Part shown: positions 1 through 12,729 of the stretch, in pieces
Numbering within the stretch: position 1 is the stretch's first letter
How the letters are laid out: each line of letters opens with the position of its first letter
Origin: Phoronis australis
Lineage: Eukaryota; Animalia; Phoronida
Assembly (NCBI GenBank): GCA_002633005.1
Contig: NMRA01000556.1
Coordinates: 124,001 to 188,000 of the forward strand
Length of the DNA stretch: 64,000 nt
Reading direction: 5' to 3'
The notes under the pieces: model-generated
The model's input: only the letters and a program-made list of their open reading frames with translations
What the model was told of the DNA's origin: nothing
Databases searched by the model: none
Made by a program: the position numbers and the translations under genes

Positions 1-1549
1 GTAGCAACGTTTGTCAAAATGTATCAACATTAAATCTTCACAAATTATAAAGTAACAGATTGAACATGCCTTCCAGTTCAGCAAAAGTCGCCATGTCGGT
101 GCCGCCAGAAATGAGACGAAGTCCAACGGGAATTGTGAGCACATTTATCACTTAATGAGTAACAACTGCGAGGGTGAAATTTGGTGAACACTGCTAAATC
201 GTGCAGAATAGTAAGTAAAGATATGTCTCACTAAATTTCACCGTAAATTGTTGGCACAAAGTTTTAAACTCGTAACATATCCCGCTGTCCTCTAATATCG
301 CCGACGCGATCCAAACAAAGTGACGCAAATTTCTCCACAAAAATTGCAATAACTTTACACTGTTTGCTTCGATTTTGATAATTTTTCGATTTTTACTGAG
401 TAGAATGCACTACCTTTCCGATGATAGCAAAGTACTTTTTCAAAACGAGAAAAAGATTGGTTCGACTCATATTGGTGCCTAGGTTCGACCGCCCTACTTA
501 AGGAACTAAACACCATTGCTATTTTAACATAATAAGTACGCGTGACATTCAAAAAAATTCAGCGACCACTAACTACAAACTATAAATACACTACATATGC
601 AAACGAACCACGAGATATTACTAATAAAACAAAATAATGAAGACTTCGAGCAAGCGAAAGCACATTCAGTTACAATGAAAAAATGGCGGCGTTCAGGACA
701 AGTTCCTGTACTGATGAGCCGGAAATGTGGGTACGGAAATAACTGATGACAGCCGGTAATTATACGCTCACAGAGCAGGGTCAGATACTATTAAAAATCG
801 CTTTTGGCAAGAAAGACGAAAAGAATATAAAGAAAGGGTGTCGAAAATAAAATTTTGTTTAGTAAGTATTTTTGGGTACTGGAACCACATGGGCATTTTG
901 AGACCAGGACTTTAACAGCAGAGCCAGCACAGGTTAGATACGAGAGCTGGCCCCTCAACCAGGACTACCGCAATGGCGTTAATCAATCGTGCAAGATACT
1001 GGCTACACCAACCGGTCAACCTGTTCGTTTGCTAGTATCCATCGAACAAGTTGGGGTGAATGCACGAATGCCGTATGTACGAGGGTGCGGTATTGCCTTT
1101 TCCACACGGTCTCCAAACAAGCGGACAGAAATTAAAATATGAACACGTGAAAACACTGTGGATGCCTCCAGCAAGGATGTTCGCAGTGTCACTAACAGTT
1201 GATCTATCGCCAAGACTTTGAGTGAAATCTTAATTGACCAATCAGAACGCAGTATTCTTGACACACATTCGTTTCCAAGTCGCCATTTTACCCGACAAAC
1301 ACCACATTGCTGGGTAAAAGTTATTGTTTGTTTGCTGACATTTTGCAAGGGGGCGGAGCATACGATAGGCCAATTGCCGCAATGAATGACTAAGGACGAA
1401 TGGGCGCTGTGAGCTTGATGACAGCCAGCCGAGTGAGTCATAACACGCGTGGTGTACGCCATGACGACGGAAGTCGAGAGGAGGAGGGATTGAATTAGGT
1501 GTCGACAGCTTGAGAGTTACGTGGAGCAAACTGAAATGCACGTTCACAC

Positions 1550-2747
1550 CTCATCATCATCGGGTGTCATCTCTTTTGAGGTCGACGTGAAATGGACCTC
1601 CATCCCTCTCTGTTGTTTGTCAGTCTGGTGCATTCTGTCATCGTTGACCTTGTCCATGTCTTGATGTCATCCCTCGACATTAATCGTTGTCGTCCTCTTG
1701 CTCTTTCCCCTTCCACGTGACCGTATAGTATGTCTTTCTGTATGTTGTTGTGTCTTGACGTGTGCCCAAAAAAGTTCAATTTAAGACTTTAGACAGTGGA
1801 CAAAAGAGATGGTCTGACACCTTGCTGTTTGTCATTTTCTGCCTCCAGCTTATTCTTCCGATCCGATCTGAATATCCACATTTCAAACGCTTCGATCTTT
1901 CTTTCCAATGTTTTATTGTGAGTCCATGCCTCACATTCGTACATAAGGATCGAATATATATAGCAAGTTTTGAGTCGCAATCTGAGGGTGATTGATATGT
2001 TTCTTGATGTTAATATCGTTTTCATTTTTATAAATCCTGATTTGGCCATTCCAATGCATTTTCTTATCTCTGTTTCGCATTCTCCATCTGTTATTATACT
2101 TTGTCCAAAGTATTTGAATCTACTTACTGGTTCTATTTGTGAATCTTCAACTTTGATGTCGACGTTTACTGGAGTGTCTTTTGATATGATCATTACTTTT
2201 GTTTTCTTGGTATTCATGCCACGCCCATATTCTTCACTTACTTCCTCTACAGTGTTCAGTGTGTTCTGCAGGTCTTCAGCTTGGCTTGCCAGGAGTGCTG
2301 TGTCATCGGCATAACGCAAGTTGTTAATATTTCTTCCACCAATATATATTCCTGGATATTCTTGAATTTCTCTAAAAATGTACTCTGCGTAGATGTTGAA
2401 TAAATATGGAGATAACACACCGCCCTGTCTCACACCTCTTTTAATGGATGTATATTCTGATCTTTCATCCATGATCCTAAATGCTGCTTTTTGATGCCAG
2501 TACAGGTTTGTGATTATTGTGATGTCTTTTCCATCCACTCCGATTTTCACCAAGCGTTCAATCATTTTTGTGTGATGCACGCGACCGAAGGCTTTTGAGT
2601 AGTCAATAAAGCTTGTGTAGATTTCCTTTTGTACTTCAAATAGTTTTTGTGTTAAGATATTGAAGCAGAATATCGCATCTTTTGTTCCTCTCTCACATCT
2701 AAATCCAAACTGTTCATCACCTACTTATCTCAAAAATTAGTTTTATT
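1550..2747 (-). mobile_element. 5'-truncated RTE-clade LINE (reverse transcriptase to 3' end)
   Basis: GDEQFGF..FIDYSKAF..GVRQGGVLSPYLFN..LRYADD..FKYFG..EAFEMW..FFGH..R.RGR..REGWR; frameshift near 1860; (GAT)n tail at 1551-1561; candidate TSD cgttcacac/cgtgcacac (1541-1549 / 2748-2756). Confidence 0.95.
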
Positions 2748-2805
2748 CGTGCACACAGTTCAGGGGACCCAATACAGCTTCCATGAAGCGTATAGATTTA
2801 CTTAC

Positions 2806-2919
2806 CTGGTGGAATGAAATACTGACAGGCTACGTGCACTTCCTCTGAACACTCTATCAGCTTCAGAAGCTTCAACTCCACGTTGAATACGGCACATTTA
2901 ATCCATGCGTACTCGTAGT
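2806..2919 (-). pseudogene. Open 114-nt CTLD C-terminal exon of pseudogene A
   Basis: ttttcag acceptor, gtaagt donor, phase 1-1; DYEYAWIKCAVFNVELKLLKLIECSEEVHVACQYFIPP carries the C..C..C spacing of a CTLD C-terminus. Confidence 0.85.
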
Positions 2920-4965
2920 CTGAAAAGAAAGTGAAAACCCTACGGGCTCTAGTGAAGCTTAACACCAGCAATGGATGAGTCCGACAAACGCAGTCAACCC
3001 ACCCCCCCACACGTTTGCTTTTTCGACGGTCCCACAAACGCGAAACCTATATAGCGAAAGTCTTTAACCAGCGTGAAACAGCGAAGCAACGTAGGATCTA
3101 CTATGTTGGACCGCCTATCACAAACACCAGGAAGAGATCTCTTCCTGCAAACACTGGGTTTGTTGCGTGATCGGGTATTGTTCAGATGTGTTAGAATCTG
3201 ACTGTGATACATACTATTTCCTTGACAAGACAAAAAGGCGCTATTACCAGGTTAAGTTATTACGCCAATAAGAAAAATATGCACCAATGAGACGTACTGC
3301 ACTCTACGAATGAAAATGTAATCAAGACCGGTACGATACTTAGGGCACAACGAGTGTTTACTAAATGGTAATGTATATAAGAAGACAACTAAAGGCCTTT
3401 GTGAGACATTGATTCAACATCTCATCAAACTTACCTGGGTCTGGAGAACCAACTTCAAATGTCCCGTCGGCTGCATACGCTGCTACCCAGATATCAGCAA
3501 TGTTATGTCTTTCCTCTACAGAAAATTCAGTAGCAGTCAATCCACAGGTCACGTAAGTACTAAATTAAGTCAAATAGTCTGCTGTACTCTTCCATGTTTA
3601 GCTATCCAAAACGAAAAAAAAAATAGGTCTTTTACTTTCATAAAATAGATCTTATCAGTAACATTCCTTACCATTTTCGTTACCAGCTTGAGTCACAGAC
3701 AATGCGTACAATCGCCATTTTCGAATTCGTAAATTTGTGGTTGGTAATCCCCAGTAAGACGGTCCTAGCTAGATTACACAGCAAAACGTAAATCTCGCGA
3801 CATTTACCCACAGTACTGCAATGTCTATGAAGAAGTTCCCCAGACTCGTTCTCGCACCATTGGGAATTCTCGAGTTATTCGTTGATGCCTTTCTTTTTAA
3901 TTTTTTCTCAATTCATGCATTAGCTGTATTCGATCTTTCAATGACAGTGTACTGCATTTTTGGCTGTGCTGTCGGCTGCAATCCCAGAATCCACACAACA
4001 AGTGTAAAGCGAGGTCAGTGCAACAAGGCGTTTTCCTTACCTCCATCAAAGGAGATTTCGATGCGGGACAGTCCTACTAAGACTATGTAGGAACCTAGAA
4101 AAATGTCCACTTTTGGCCAAAGTTTGGAACTTCGTACGTCAGAAATGTTACATCGGATTCAACTGAAACATTCAGATACTATGTTTTATAAATTGTACTC
4201 CACAACATTGTTAAGACTTTTTCTATTTAAAGTGTTCCGCTTTTGCATGCGGGGCTATCAAACACAGAAACTTACGTGATTTTTTGCGAAGAAGAAATAC
4301 TTTGTTTAAAATGAAAACGAAGCGATTATTTAGAAAAGTTGTGCTATAGTTATTTTGAGATTTATCTTGAAAAATTATATCATACGAAAAATGTTCATGT
4401 TGTTTTGTTATAAATATATCTTTCTTTTTGTTGAAATTTGCTAAAAAGAAGCTCACGAGGCTGAATAAATGGCAGATTGGTATTAACATCAAATTCTCCA
4501 GAATTCAGACATTCAGAAAATATATATTTGCTGAGATGAATTTTACACTTGTGTCGATATTTGGCTAAATGTATAGATCTGGCGATAAGGTCCGAAGTGT
4601 TTTTGTAATCGCCGATTGTTTCGATGATCTAGTTGGTAACGAAAATAGACTTTCACGGAAAATTATGAGACCGACTTTGTGAGAGTAATCGGCTTAAATT
4701 CACTTCAGCTAGCTAAATAGGATGAAATGCAGCTTTGACAATAGGAATGTTTAGGATGACGTCATTTTGACACATTGTGACGTTTTGGACCCTGCTCGAC
4801 AGCATGACTATTCTTAAGTCCGGGCACAAATTGCGTCATTTACTGCTACGACACGTCATCACTAACACCCAAATAGTTCAATATATAACCCATTTTTGAT
4901 ACGACAGAGGAAGACGTTGTGAAAATCAGTTATAACATGACTAATATGGCCCTGTTATATAAGAC

Positions 4966-5372
4966 CAGGGCCCGGTCTCCAATCTTTTTACTCGAAATGG
5001 AACTCGAAATTAGGTTTGGCATTTTCTACTCTACTTTTGGGCGAACTCAAGATAAGTGTCTATTATTCTATGCTCGAGTACACAATAGCTTACGTAGATA
5101 ATTTATTGCCCTTAGTTCACAGTTTGTAAACCCAATATTAAAGCAATAAGTTCGAAGTTGAACTCGAAATTTCGAGTTTTTACTCGAGTTTGTAGCACGA
5201 ATATAAGGGTCTTCAAGGGCAAACTTGAACAAGGAACTCCTATGCATAAATTACAATGTATTCGAGCGCAGTCTGATAACCAATTAGCTTAAGTTCGCAC
5301 AAAAGGAGCAGAGAAATTGCCAAAAATAGTTTCGAGTTCGTTTCGAGTACAAAGATTAGAGACCCGGCCCTG
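4966..5372 (+). mobile_element. ~400-bp MITE, copy 1 (CAGGGCCCGGTCTC termini, hAT-like)
   Basis: TIR CAGGGCCCGGTCTC.AATCTTT.TACTCGAAA; near-identical copies at 13412-13806 and 61942-62348. Confidence 0.9.
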
Positions 5373-5524
5373 GGATCCCTTATCTTACATGTACGTGAAT
5401 TCGTCAAAGATCATGGTATAATATTACAATAAGCAATTTGAACAATATTAATCTTCATAAATTAGAGTGAAAAACTCCTGATGTTACCGGGAAAGAGTAT
5501 TAAAGCTGTCACTCTACTTGAAAC

Positions 5525-7571
5525 CCGTGTATACTGTGGAGCTGCAAAGATACTGGAGGTATACTATTACCAATGAAACAAGGTTCCTTGTGTTCGCAAA
5601 TATGGAAAATGTCATGAAATGCACATCAATATGACGGACAATAGGTGTTTTGAGACAAGTCTTAATCCCTTGCTGTAAAAAAGTCAGGGATGAACACGTT
5701 TCCCCGGGTTCCCATCAACCCTACGTAAATATAACGCTTGAAGTATCATTTTACTCTTTAGAGACGCAGCCATGGCAGCCATATTATACATATCGGCAAG
5801 ACCCTTCAGCGGACTCGGGAGCGCGCCTCCTTTTGTGTATTTACAAAAGTCTTCAGCGTCGAAAAAGCCCATTTTAGCGTCAAGTAATTCAAGCTGATAA
5901 CAGACGGACTCTTCTCCTGGTGCAGCTCTGGGAATGACACCGTACGATGCCCTGCATGCGTCATCTGAAAGGCAGTGAAGCTAATGATGTAATTTCGAAT
6001 GCTAATTGCGATGTGTTACAACGTTTACACGAAATGGGCGTGATCACTTAACGTTCCTCCTTAACCTTTGCATCTCCCTGAGATCGCAAACCTGTCATTG
6101 GTTTTGATGTTTTGTGTTTTTCCGCAGGCACAACACACACAAATGACATGTTTGTTTTTTCTGACCCGGATATGTAATGTCAGATATCTTATGCGCAGTC
6201 TGACTTTCGGCCATAACAATTACTGAACCTTCGTCACTGCCTGCGTCAATGCGGGTAACAAAGAAATTAATGGGACGTTATATTCAGGAGGTCGTCTTTT
6301 GTAGTTCACTAATTAATGGAAGTTTTTATAAACTGGATATTTGAATGTTCTAAATTAGTCTGTGGCAAGCAAAACTCAGAAGACAAGATACAATAGGCAG
6401 AAAATAAAGAGCTTGAAGTCACTGATAATTTAAGCCAGGGCACGTGGAAGGGGCTGTTCACGCAAGTGCAGCATCGGAAGGGACAGCCGATAAGGAAGGC
6501 AGGGGTTAGTTATCTACATGTATGCTCTATGCGTCCTGGATATTCGTGTGGTCTTCCTTCTTGTTCTCAGTCCAAGTTCCATCTCACATACGAAAATAAA
6601 TTTAGACACGGTTGTAAGACGGGTTTTAGTATCGTTTTAAAGGTTGACTCCACGGCGATGGAATTGGCCTCAAATTGCTCCTTTGTCAAAACAGAGATGA
6701 TTTCACATAAGCGGATCCAGAAGTGGGGTCAAGGGCGTCCGACCCCCCTTTCCCTTGATTTTAGGGATATCAAATCTAGAATTTTCGAATTGTTAACTTG
6801 GACCCCCTATTTCAAAAAATATCTAACCCCCATTTAAAAAATCCTGGATCCGACCCTGTTTCAGGGCTGTGAAAGAGTTTCAAGTTTGTTATGACTAATA
6901 CCCGGATGTACAAGATGGCTTGTAACGGCGTACCAAGAAATAACGATCTCCCAAACCGTTTGTCATCTTACCACGTAACAAACTGGAGTCAAGCATCCGA
7001 AATCAGAAGTTTGTTTCTTGGACAGAATCCAGGTGTATAGCTGCCGTTTTAATATACATGTATTAATGAAAAAATGTTAGGTAAAAGATGTTTGTCTCCT
7101 GTGCGTATGTCTCAGTGCTAGTCATATTTAACGGGTACCAATCGACAAGTGGTGTTACTCGTATGTAATGGTTTTGTGATAAAAATTTAACGAGATTCAT
7201 GGGACGAAACTAGTTCGAAAATTGCCCGATATGCCATTCTTCGTCTCATAGATTTAATCACTGACTGAGCAACCGTTCATTTTGTCATATAAAATCAACA
7301 ATCCAGCTCGGTGTATCCGCTTTTCTAAATTCAATTTAAATGTCATTTCAAAACACGGTGACGTCTACTCTTGCAAAAGCTTTGCTTAAAAGTCATAAAA
7401 TTTACGAACTCACCTTCAGTGAAACTAATCTGGATCTTAACCAACACAACAAGTGTCCCCAGTACACCTGCAATAAACAATGCCACAAGTTGAGCATAAA
7501 ATCTGAAACATTTTAAACCAATTCTAGAAGCTCCACCAACTGTTAGGCCATTTGGCTGATGGCAACACCAT
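5525..7571 (-). pseudogene. Multi-CTLD C-type lectin-like pseudogene B
   Basis: aacaacATG at 7571 (MVLPSAKW..); 54-nt exon 7467-7414 (GVLGTLVVLVKIQISFTE); exon from 7040 GFCPRNKLLISDA*LQFVTW*DD; ~6240-6092 SNCY..DI*HYISGSEKTNMSFVC; exon 5964-5525 DDACRA..SVCYQL..GFFDAEDFCKYTKGGALPSP..YIYVGL..YLQYLC with frameshifts. Confidence 0.85.
6706..6858. mobile_element. CA..TG MITE (GCGGATCCAG family) with 5-bp TSD
   Basis: CATAAGCGGATCCAG...CTGGATCCGACCCTG flanked by TTTCA on both sides. Confidence 0.75.
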
Positions 7572-7720
7572 GTTGTTTTGTTGTTTTAGTCGAAAACTAT
7601 AAAGGTGACAATCTATAGTATTTGATTGTTGATTGTCACCACCAATTTCATTTAACTGACACCTGCTGGATAGGTTGGGCATTTTAAGTTTTGTATTTCA
7701 TTTGAAGGCTACGGATGGCA

Positions 7721-8020
7721 CACTGGCGCCATAAAGGGGGGGGGGGGGAGGNAATTGGGGGCAAAGTGCGATTGTATATGCACAGGCGGCTCGAAAGTTG
7801 CGAGCGGGGGCCGGGAACGTGGACCTCATCTTCCGAAAATCTCTGGACTAAAAAAAAAGAAAGGGGAACACGATTCCGCCGCGATATGGGGTCTTAGGCC
7901 CCCCCTTCATCCGCTACCGATCCTAGTTACTGGGCTCAATATTTTCTCATTCTGTTACTGTTTCATTTTACTTGCGGCAGTCAGGGCGGGGGCCTGGGCT
8001 CCCCTCTAAATCCGCCTATG
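7721..8020. mobile_element. CA..TG MITE with 5-bp TSD
   Basis: CACTGGCG..G-rich..AAATCCGCCTATG flanked by TGGCA on both sides. Confidence 0.65.
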
Positions 8021-9154
8021 TGGCATTTGCTTATTTTAGAATCTGTTCTGAGTGAAAGATTGTCAGCTGTTGACCCCTTGGCCCTCGTTTTGTTCAACCG
8101 TGGCTTTTCTCAACCCTTTACTGCTTCCAAGCGAGAACCTGATTAAATTTAGCAGAGAAATCAGATACCTCTCAAAAACTTTGAATTTTGTAAAATTCTT
8201 ACTGCTTGACACTCCCTTTTCATTGATTTTGGTAATGTGGAGAGTTTTGGCGGTCTGAATCCACTATCTATCAGTTCGTAGTAATCGCAATGCAAGCGCT
8301 AACTCTTGGATAAAAACTGCTGATTCGGCACATTTTTGCTCGTTTTTTTCCAAGTAGCCGGTTGCTCTTCCGGTAGTCGTAAACGATGGAAACTGACTTT
8401 GGAATCAGTTGAATAGACTTAGTACAAAGGTTCTGAAGACTTTGGTCCATTACACTATTCATATTTTCAGATTTTGTGCATCCTGTGGAAGAGACTGTTG
8501 GAGCTGATATGATTAGGCTTTTGAAGCCTAAAATCAGCATAAACTGTGGAGTATTGGTAGCACTGAACAGTTAGGCTGTAGCTAGTGAGCATTTTCTAGA
8601 ATTTAAATACGGGGCGTGTGTCAGGTTTTGCGGGTGGTTTGAGGAATTTGCTGAAACCAATTGCCAGGAAAGCGATCTACTTGCGTTTTTGAATGAGAAA
8701 AGCGGATTTTTAGCCGTGACCTACTTCCCATGCAAAACGGTGGCTGTCGTTTGCTTTCAACCCCTGTAGCCTGCTGACTGAGAAACCGGGTGCGATTTCA
8801 GGTGGCTGTCAAAAAGATCAAAATTGTCAAAAAAGTAGCTAGTACGGGGGGGTATTATGACAATATTTTTAGAATCTAGAGAGAACGAACATTCTGAATC
8901 TGTAGTCAGACTTTTTCCAGCATTTCCAAGGAAGTGGTAAATTTGGGGAGAAAACTGTCAAAATTGGTGTTTTTGGTCCTATTTTTGTGTGCCGGTGTTT
9001 TTTCCCGATGTGAATTCATAGCCAATTAAAAATCTGTTAGTAGCATAGTTAAGCTTCAGTTATCATGAGTAGCGCTTTTGAGTTGTGAACGTCAAAAAAA
9101 ATTGTTGTTTTTTTCAGACTCTCTATAAGGACGTGAGATAAAATTTCGTCTCCA

Positions 9155-10232
9155 CTTGGGGGTGTTTCTGCAGCCAAAACCCTACAATAACTGTAGTGTG
9201 CCTCCATAACTAACGACCTATGGATTCCATCTTTGAGCTCAGTCTTCAGAGTGTCGGTTGGTCATTTCAGCTCGATACCAGAAATTTCTGCCAACTTGAA
9301 TCCGACGAAGGCGTACAGTTGAGACCGGGTAAAGTGGTACAATGGGAAACTTCCTGGAAGAAATGGGGCTGCTCGCTGGTTCCCTACGTACCTAGCCAGC
9401 ATGCGGGTATCTCGCAGTACTAAGTTGAGCACGCGCGTTAGCTTGGTTGACGTAAAATCGGCAGGCATTGGTTAGCTTTACAGCAACGTGAAAAAATGGC
9501 GGACTGTGAACAATTTTTAGCCTTGTCATGCACGTGGCGTAGCAGCAACTATTTCGTTTCTGCACTATGTTTAATAGCCGCATACTTGAAGCACATACAT
9601 GTACAATAAACACATACCTCGCCGACTTACCGGTGAGTTATTCAATACTGTATGAATACAAGACAGTATCGTAAACAAAAGTCATCGACAGTAGAAAGAT
9701 GCAGTCCGAAAAGGCGTAATCACATTTTTTGGGATTCACATTTCCTGAACATAAATTTTAAGCACCGATTTGTCTGTACAACAGACCACATTTACACTTC
9801 CTCCATTAATCATGTCAGTTTGATTGCGTAAAGCCTGCGTGGAGAGAGTTCGACCAGCCAATCAGAAACGCTGGTGTAAAAAATTTTCCCGAGGAAAATT
9901 AAGTGATACTTGCGTGACGGGTACCACCTAGCGGCACGCAGGGAACCAGCGAGATCGGGCTGATCACGTGGCCGGGACTTAACGAATGGCTGTACCAAGA
10001 GGTACTTCTTCTTCGTACCAGGTGGCACACTCATGTTTAAATTCGTGCAAATGGCTTTTCATAGTGTATGCGAATAGACGTGGTGCATTTTAAACAACAG
10101 TGAAATTACCTCATCGTCATCTAGGGCTATTTTCTGGTCCCAAGTGATCAGCCGTGTCGTTGATTTCAAAATCGCCTAGGGTGTGAGCACCATGGATTTT
10201 CGAAGGACAACCCGGACAAGAGTGAATGTTCC
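9155..10232 (-). pseudogene. CTLD pseudogene C
   Basis: KKKYLLV..RDQ..LGGT..RF*LAG (~10040-9800); 114-nt phase 1-1 exon 9744-9631 (KKCDY.., gtaagt donor); exon from 9475 ANQC/PADF..YAFVGFK..ELK*PTD..SYCRVL. Confidence 0.7.
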
Positions 10233-11039
10233 TAAATCGAAATCCTTCGAACCTTAGATAGAGCCAACATTGCACTACAATACGCTACGCGATGTACCAC
10301 CACTGGACAAACAAGACAATGGTCAAGAAATTGCCACCAAAAGAAAATCAAACGGAATGGTCAGTTGTCTGAGTGCCGCAGCGCATCATTCACCAAGAGG
10401 TACAGCATAAATTGATCCTACTGAAAAAATCACTGACAGTCAACCAACTTTTGCGTGAAACGACTCCCCTCCGCACTGACATCATAAGTTTGGCCTCAAA
10501 TTGATTCTTACTCAGATTAAATGACCCCTGATAAGCCGTAAAATGTAACAATTTCGTAAAATGTAACAACTGTTACATTTTACGTACTAAGCCTCTCCTA
10601 AATTGTAACAAGTTGTTACATTTTACGAAATTGTTACATTTCACATCGAACGCACATCTACCATTGTTAAATAAACATTTTACGAAACCCACGTCATATT
10701 CCAAGGAAAATAACCAAAATCACGAACAAGGGGTATCTGACACGTCCAGGGGGTACTGGAGTATTTTTGTACGAGGAGTGCGGCTCAAAAAATTTGAATA
10801 CGTACCCGTTTAGAGAGTGGGCTCGGACAAAAAGTGACCCATTAAAAACTAATTTGTGTAAAAATTCACATTTTCGCACTCTTTTGTTCCAGAAATTCAG
10901 GAACGGCACCTTTTAGATGTAATTTTGTCGAAAATGGCACCATTTTGAAGAGTATTTTTTCTGTGAAAAAAGCACTTTTGTGCGGCACTTTTCGTAAACC
11001 TCTTCTGTCGAATGCCCAACGGGCTGACACGACATGAAT

Positions 11040-11181
11040 TTGACTACTTATTATCATTTGTATTAGTATTACATTACTATTACTACTATTATTACTATTA
11101 CTATTACTACTATTACTGCTATTACTACTGTCACTACTGTTACTCGTTATCATTTTCGTTATCATTATTGCTATTATTATG
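11040..11181. repeat. (TAC/TAT)n microsatellite
   Basis: Degenerate trinucleotide run, possibly a LINE tail. Confidence 0.85.
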
Positions 11182-11189
11182 AATATTTT

Positions 11190-11520
11190 TAAATTTATTT
11201 AACGAGGACACAATACATGTTTAGAAAGTGCTAATACATCATGGTCCTCAAAGATTTTTGAATCATTTCATTTATGGTTCGATGTTTTCATCGGGCTTTC
11301 CATATTGGACAGGGAGTGTTGTTCCAAAGGATTTTAAAGGGGTTCCCATGTTCATCCTTAACGATATTGTGAGGAACGTCTTGATAGCTGTGGATGCAGA
11401 GTAGGGCTACTTCTTGGAAACGGGGAAGTTGATATTTGAAATTTTGTTTAGACGTGCACCAACTTCAAAAATTGATTACTTCTGACCTATCGGCAAGATC
11501 TGTATTGTTTGTAGATATAA
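11190..11520 (-). mobile_element. Possible CR1/L2 LINE 3' fragment
   Basis: Minus strand LWNN-LP-like remnant followed by a GAGGAC...GTCCTCGTTAAATAAA stem-loop and an AAT-type tail. Confidence 0.45.
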
Positions 11521-11967
11521 CTATAACCAACTGTAGTTTGCCAAGAAGAGCTGAATTCAGACCGCACTATTTTACTCTCGATTTTCATCTAAGCCTGAGG
11601 ATAACCACCGTGTAATCATTTTTTGCCTCTTGTTGAAAACGTTACTTTTCAAAGAACTGGGGATTGTTACATGATGATGTGCAAGTTCAAATTTGCGTTA
11701 AGTTGAACTCTGGAGGCAGACATGTTTCGAGAACTAACGATTTGCCGGCTGCGGTCACTGGGTCTAGAATCGCTGGTAATGGACATACACAACGCGCAAG
11801 AAAATAAATGTGGAACGGGCCCCACAGTGATTTAACAGAGTGATTTGAACTAGATTTCATTGAAAGTGGATTGTCTGGGACAAAAACTGCCAACTGTCAG
11901 TGATGTTCAACATGAGCATTTTATACCACAATATTAGCCTCGAATGGCCAATGTAATAACGTATTTA

Positions 11968-12729
11968 GTTATCTCACTAGTGAGATAACATTTTGTCGGT
12001 TTCGACCCCGGGCCTCAAGGGTTTCGGGTCGGAACGTGAAAATAGAATACTTAAATGAGCCCGCACAACAATAGCATGTTCAACAAAGGGTATTGTACCG
12101 ACATTTATACGCTATGAAAAATAAGACGCATAATTTTCATATAAACGATATTTTAATTCAATGAAAAATTTCTCTCATGTTCTCTCACTTGTAAATCACC
12201 GATCTCCAATTTGAATGCGGGTATCGTGTCGCCGGGATCCTTTGACTTGAGCATTGTACTCAGTTAACAGTGGTAACCTACTTTAGCAGACGATATTTTC
12301 ACGGTCGAAGCTTAGCGTGATAAAATGTGTAGTAAGCTATAACAGTTGCTAAGCCTTAATTTATAAATTCACTTTATTTCTATTTTGTTTAAATTTTCAA
12401 TTGGTTTTGAGTATTATTTGACAAAATTAGCTCGGCTTTTCTTAAAAGGTCACGACCTCCGACCCTCGGCCTCTGACATAGAAAGTTGTTACAAAGCCGA
12501 GGCGAGTTTACAAAGGTAGATCGATTCATTGCCATGTTTCGTGTTCAGTATCAGGTATAAATAGATTATTACTTGTTCTCAGTCGTTACCCCCTTATCTA
12601 GAGCCCTCGGGGAACTTTGAGAATTATCACCCTGGGGACAAACGCCCCTCGAGCGATAATTCTCCAAAATCCACTCGGTCTCTAGAATACGGGGGATAAT
12701 GACTTCGCCATGTAATAATCTATATTTAT
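11968..12729. mobile_element. Crypton-like non-autonomous element with terminal palindromes
   Basis: Perfect 22-bp palindrome gttatctcactagtgagataac (11968-11989) plus an adjacent hairpin; 170-bp imperfect palindrome ATAGATTATTAC...GTAATAATCTAT (12557-12729). Whether both ends belong to one element is inferred. Confidence 0.5.

Larger units (their letters stand above)
1..4489 (-). pseudogene. Multi-CTLD C-type lectin-like pseudogene A (runs off the left edge)
   Basis: Exon 1 ATG at 4489 with gtgag donor; 54-nt exon 4094-4041 (GSYIVLVGLSRIEISFDG); exons 3764-3672, 3601-3435 (TWKSTADY..DIWVA) and 2919-2806 (KCAVF..IECSEEVHVACQY). Further CTLD remnants at ~1530-1160 (HACYDS..AMWC), ~1120-225 (HSCIH..WCSQY..EICVTL) and ~195-1 (RSCYSLSD..HFW). 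Stops and frameshifts present. Confidence 0.8.

Noticed and set aside
1970-2314. Plus-strand 114-aa ORF
   Set aside because: Antisense shadow of the RTE reverse transcriptase.
3435-3764. Frameshifts in gene A being only long-read homopolymer errors
   Set aside because: Some indels do sit in short runs, but in-frame stops, lost cysteines, deletions and exonic TE insertions occur across the array. Not fully excluded for individual sites without reads.
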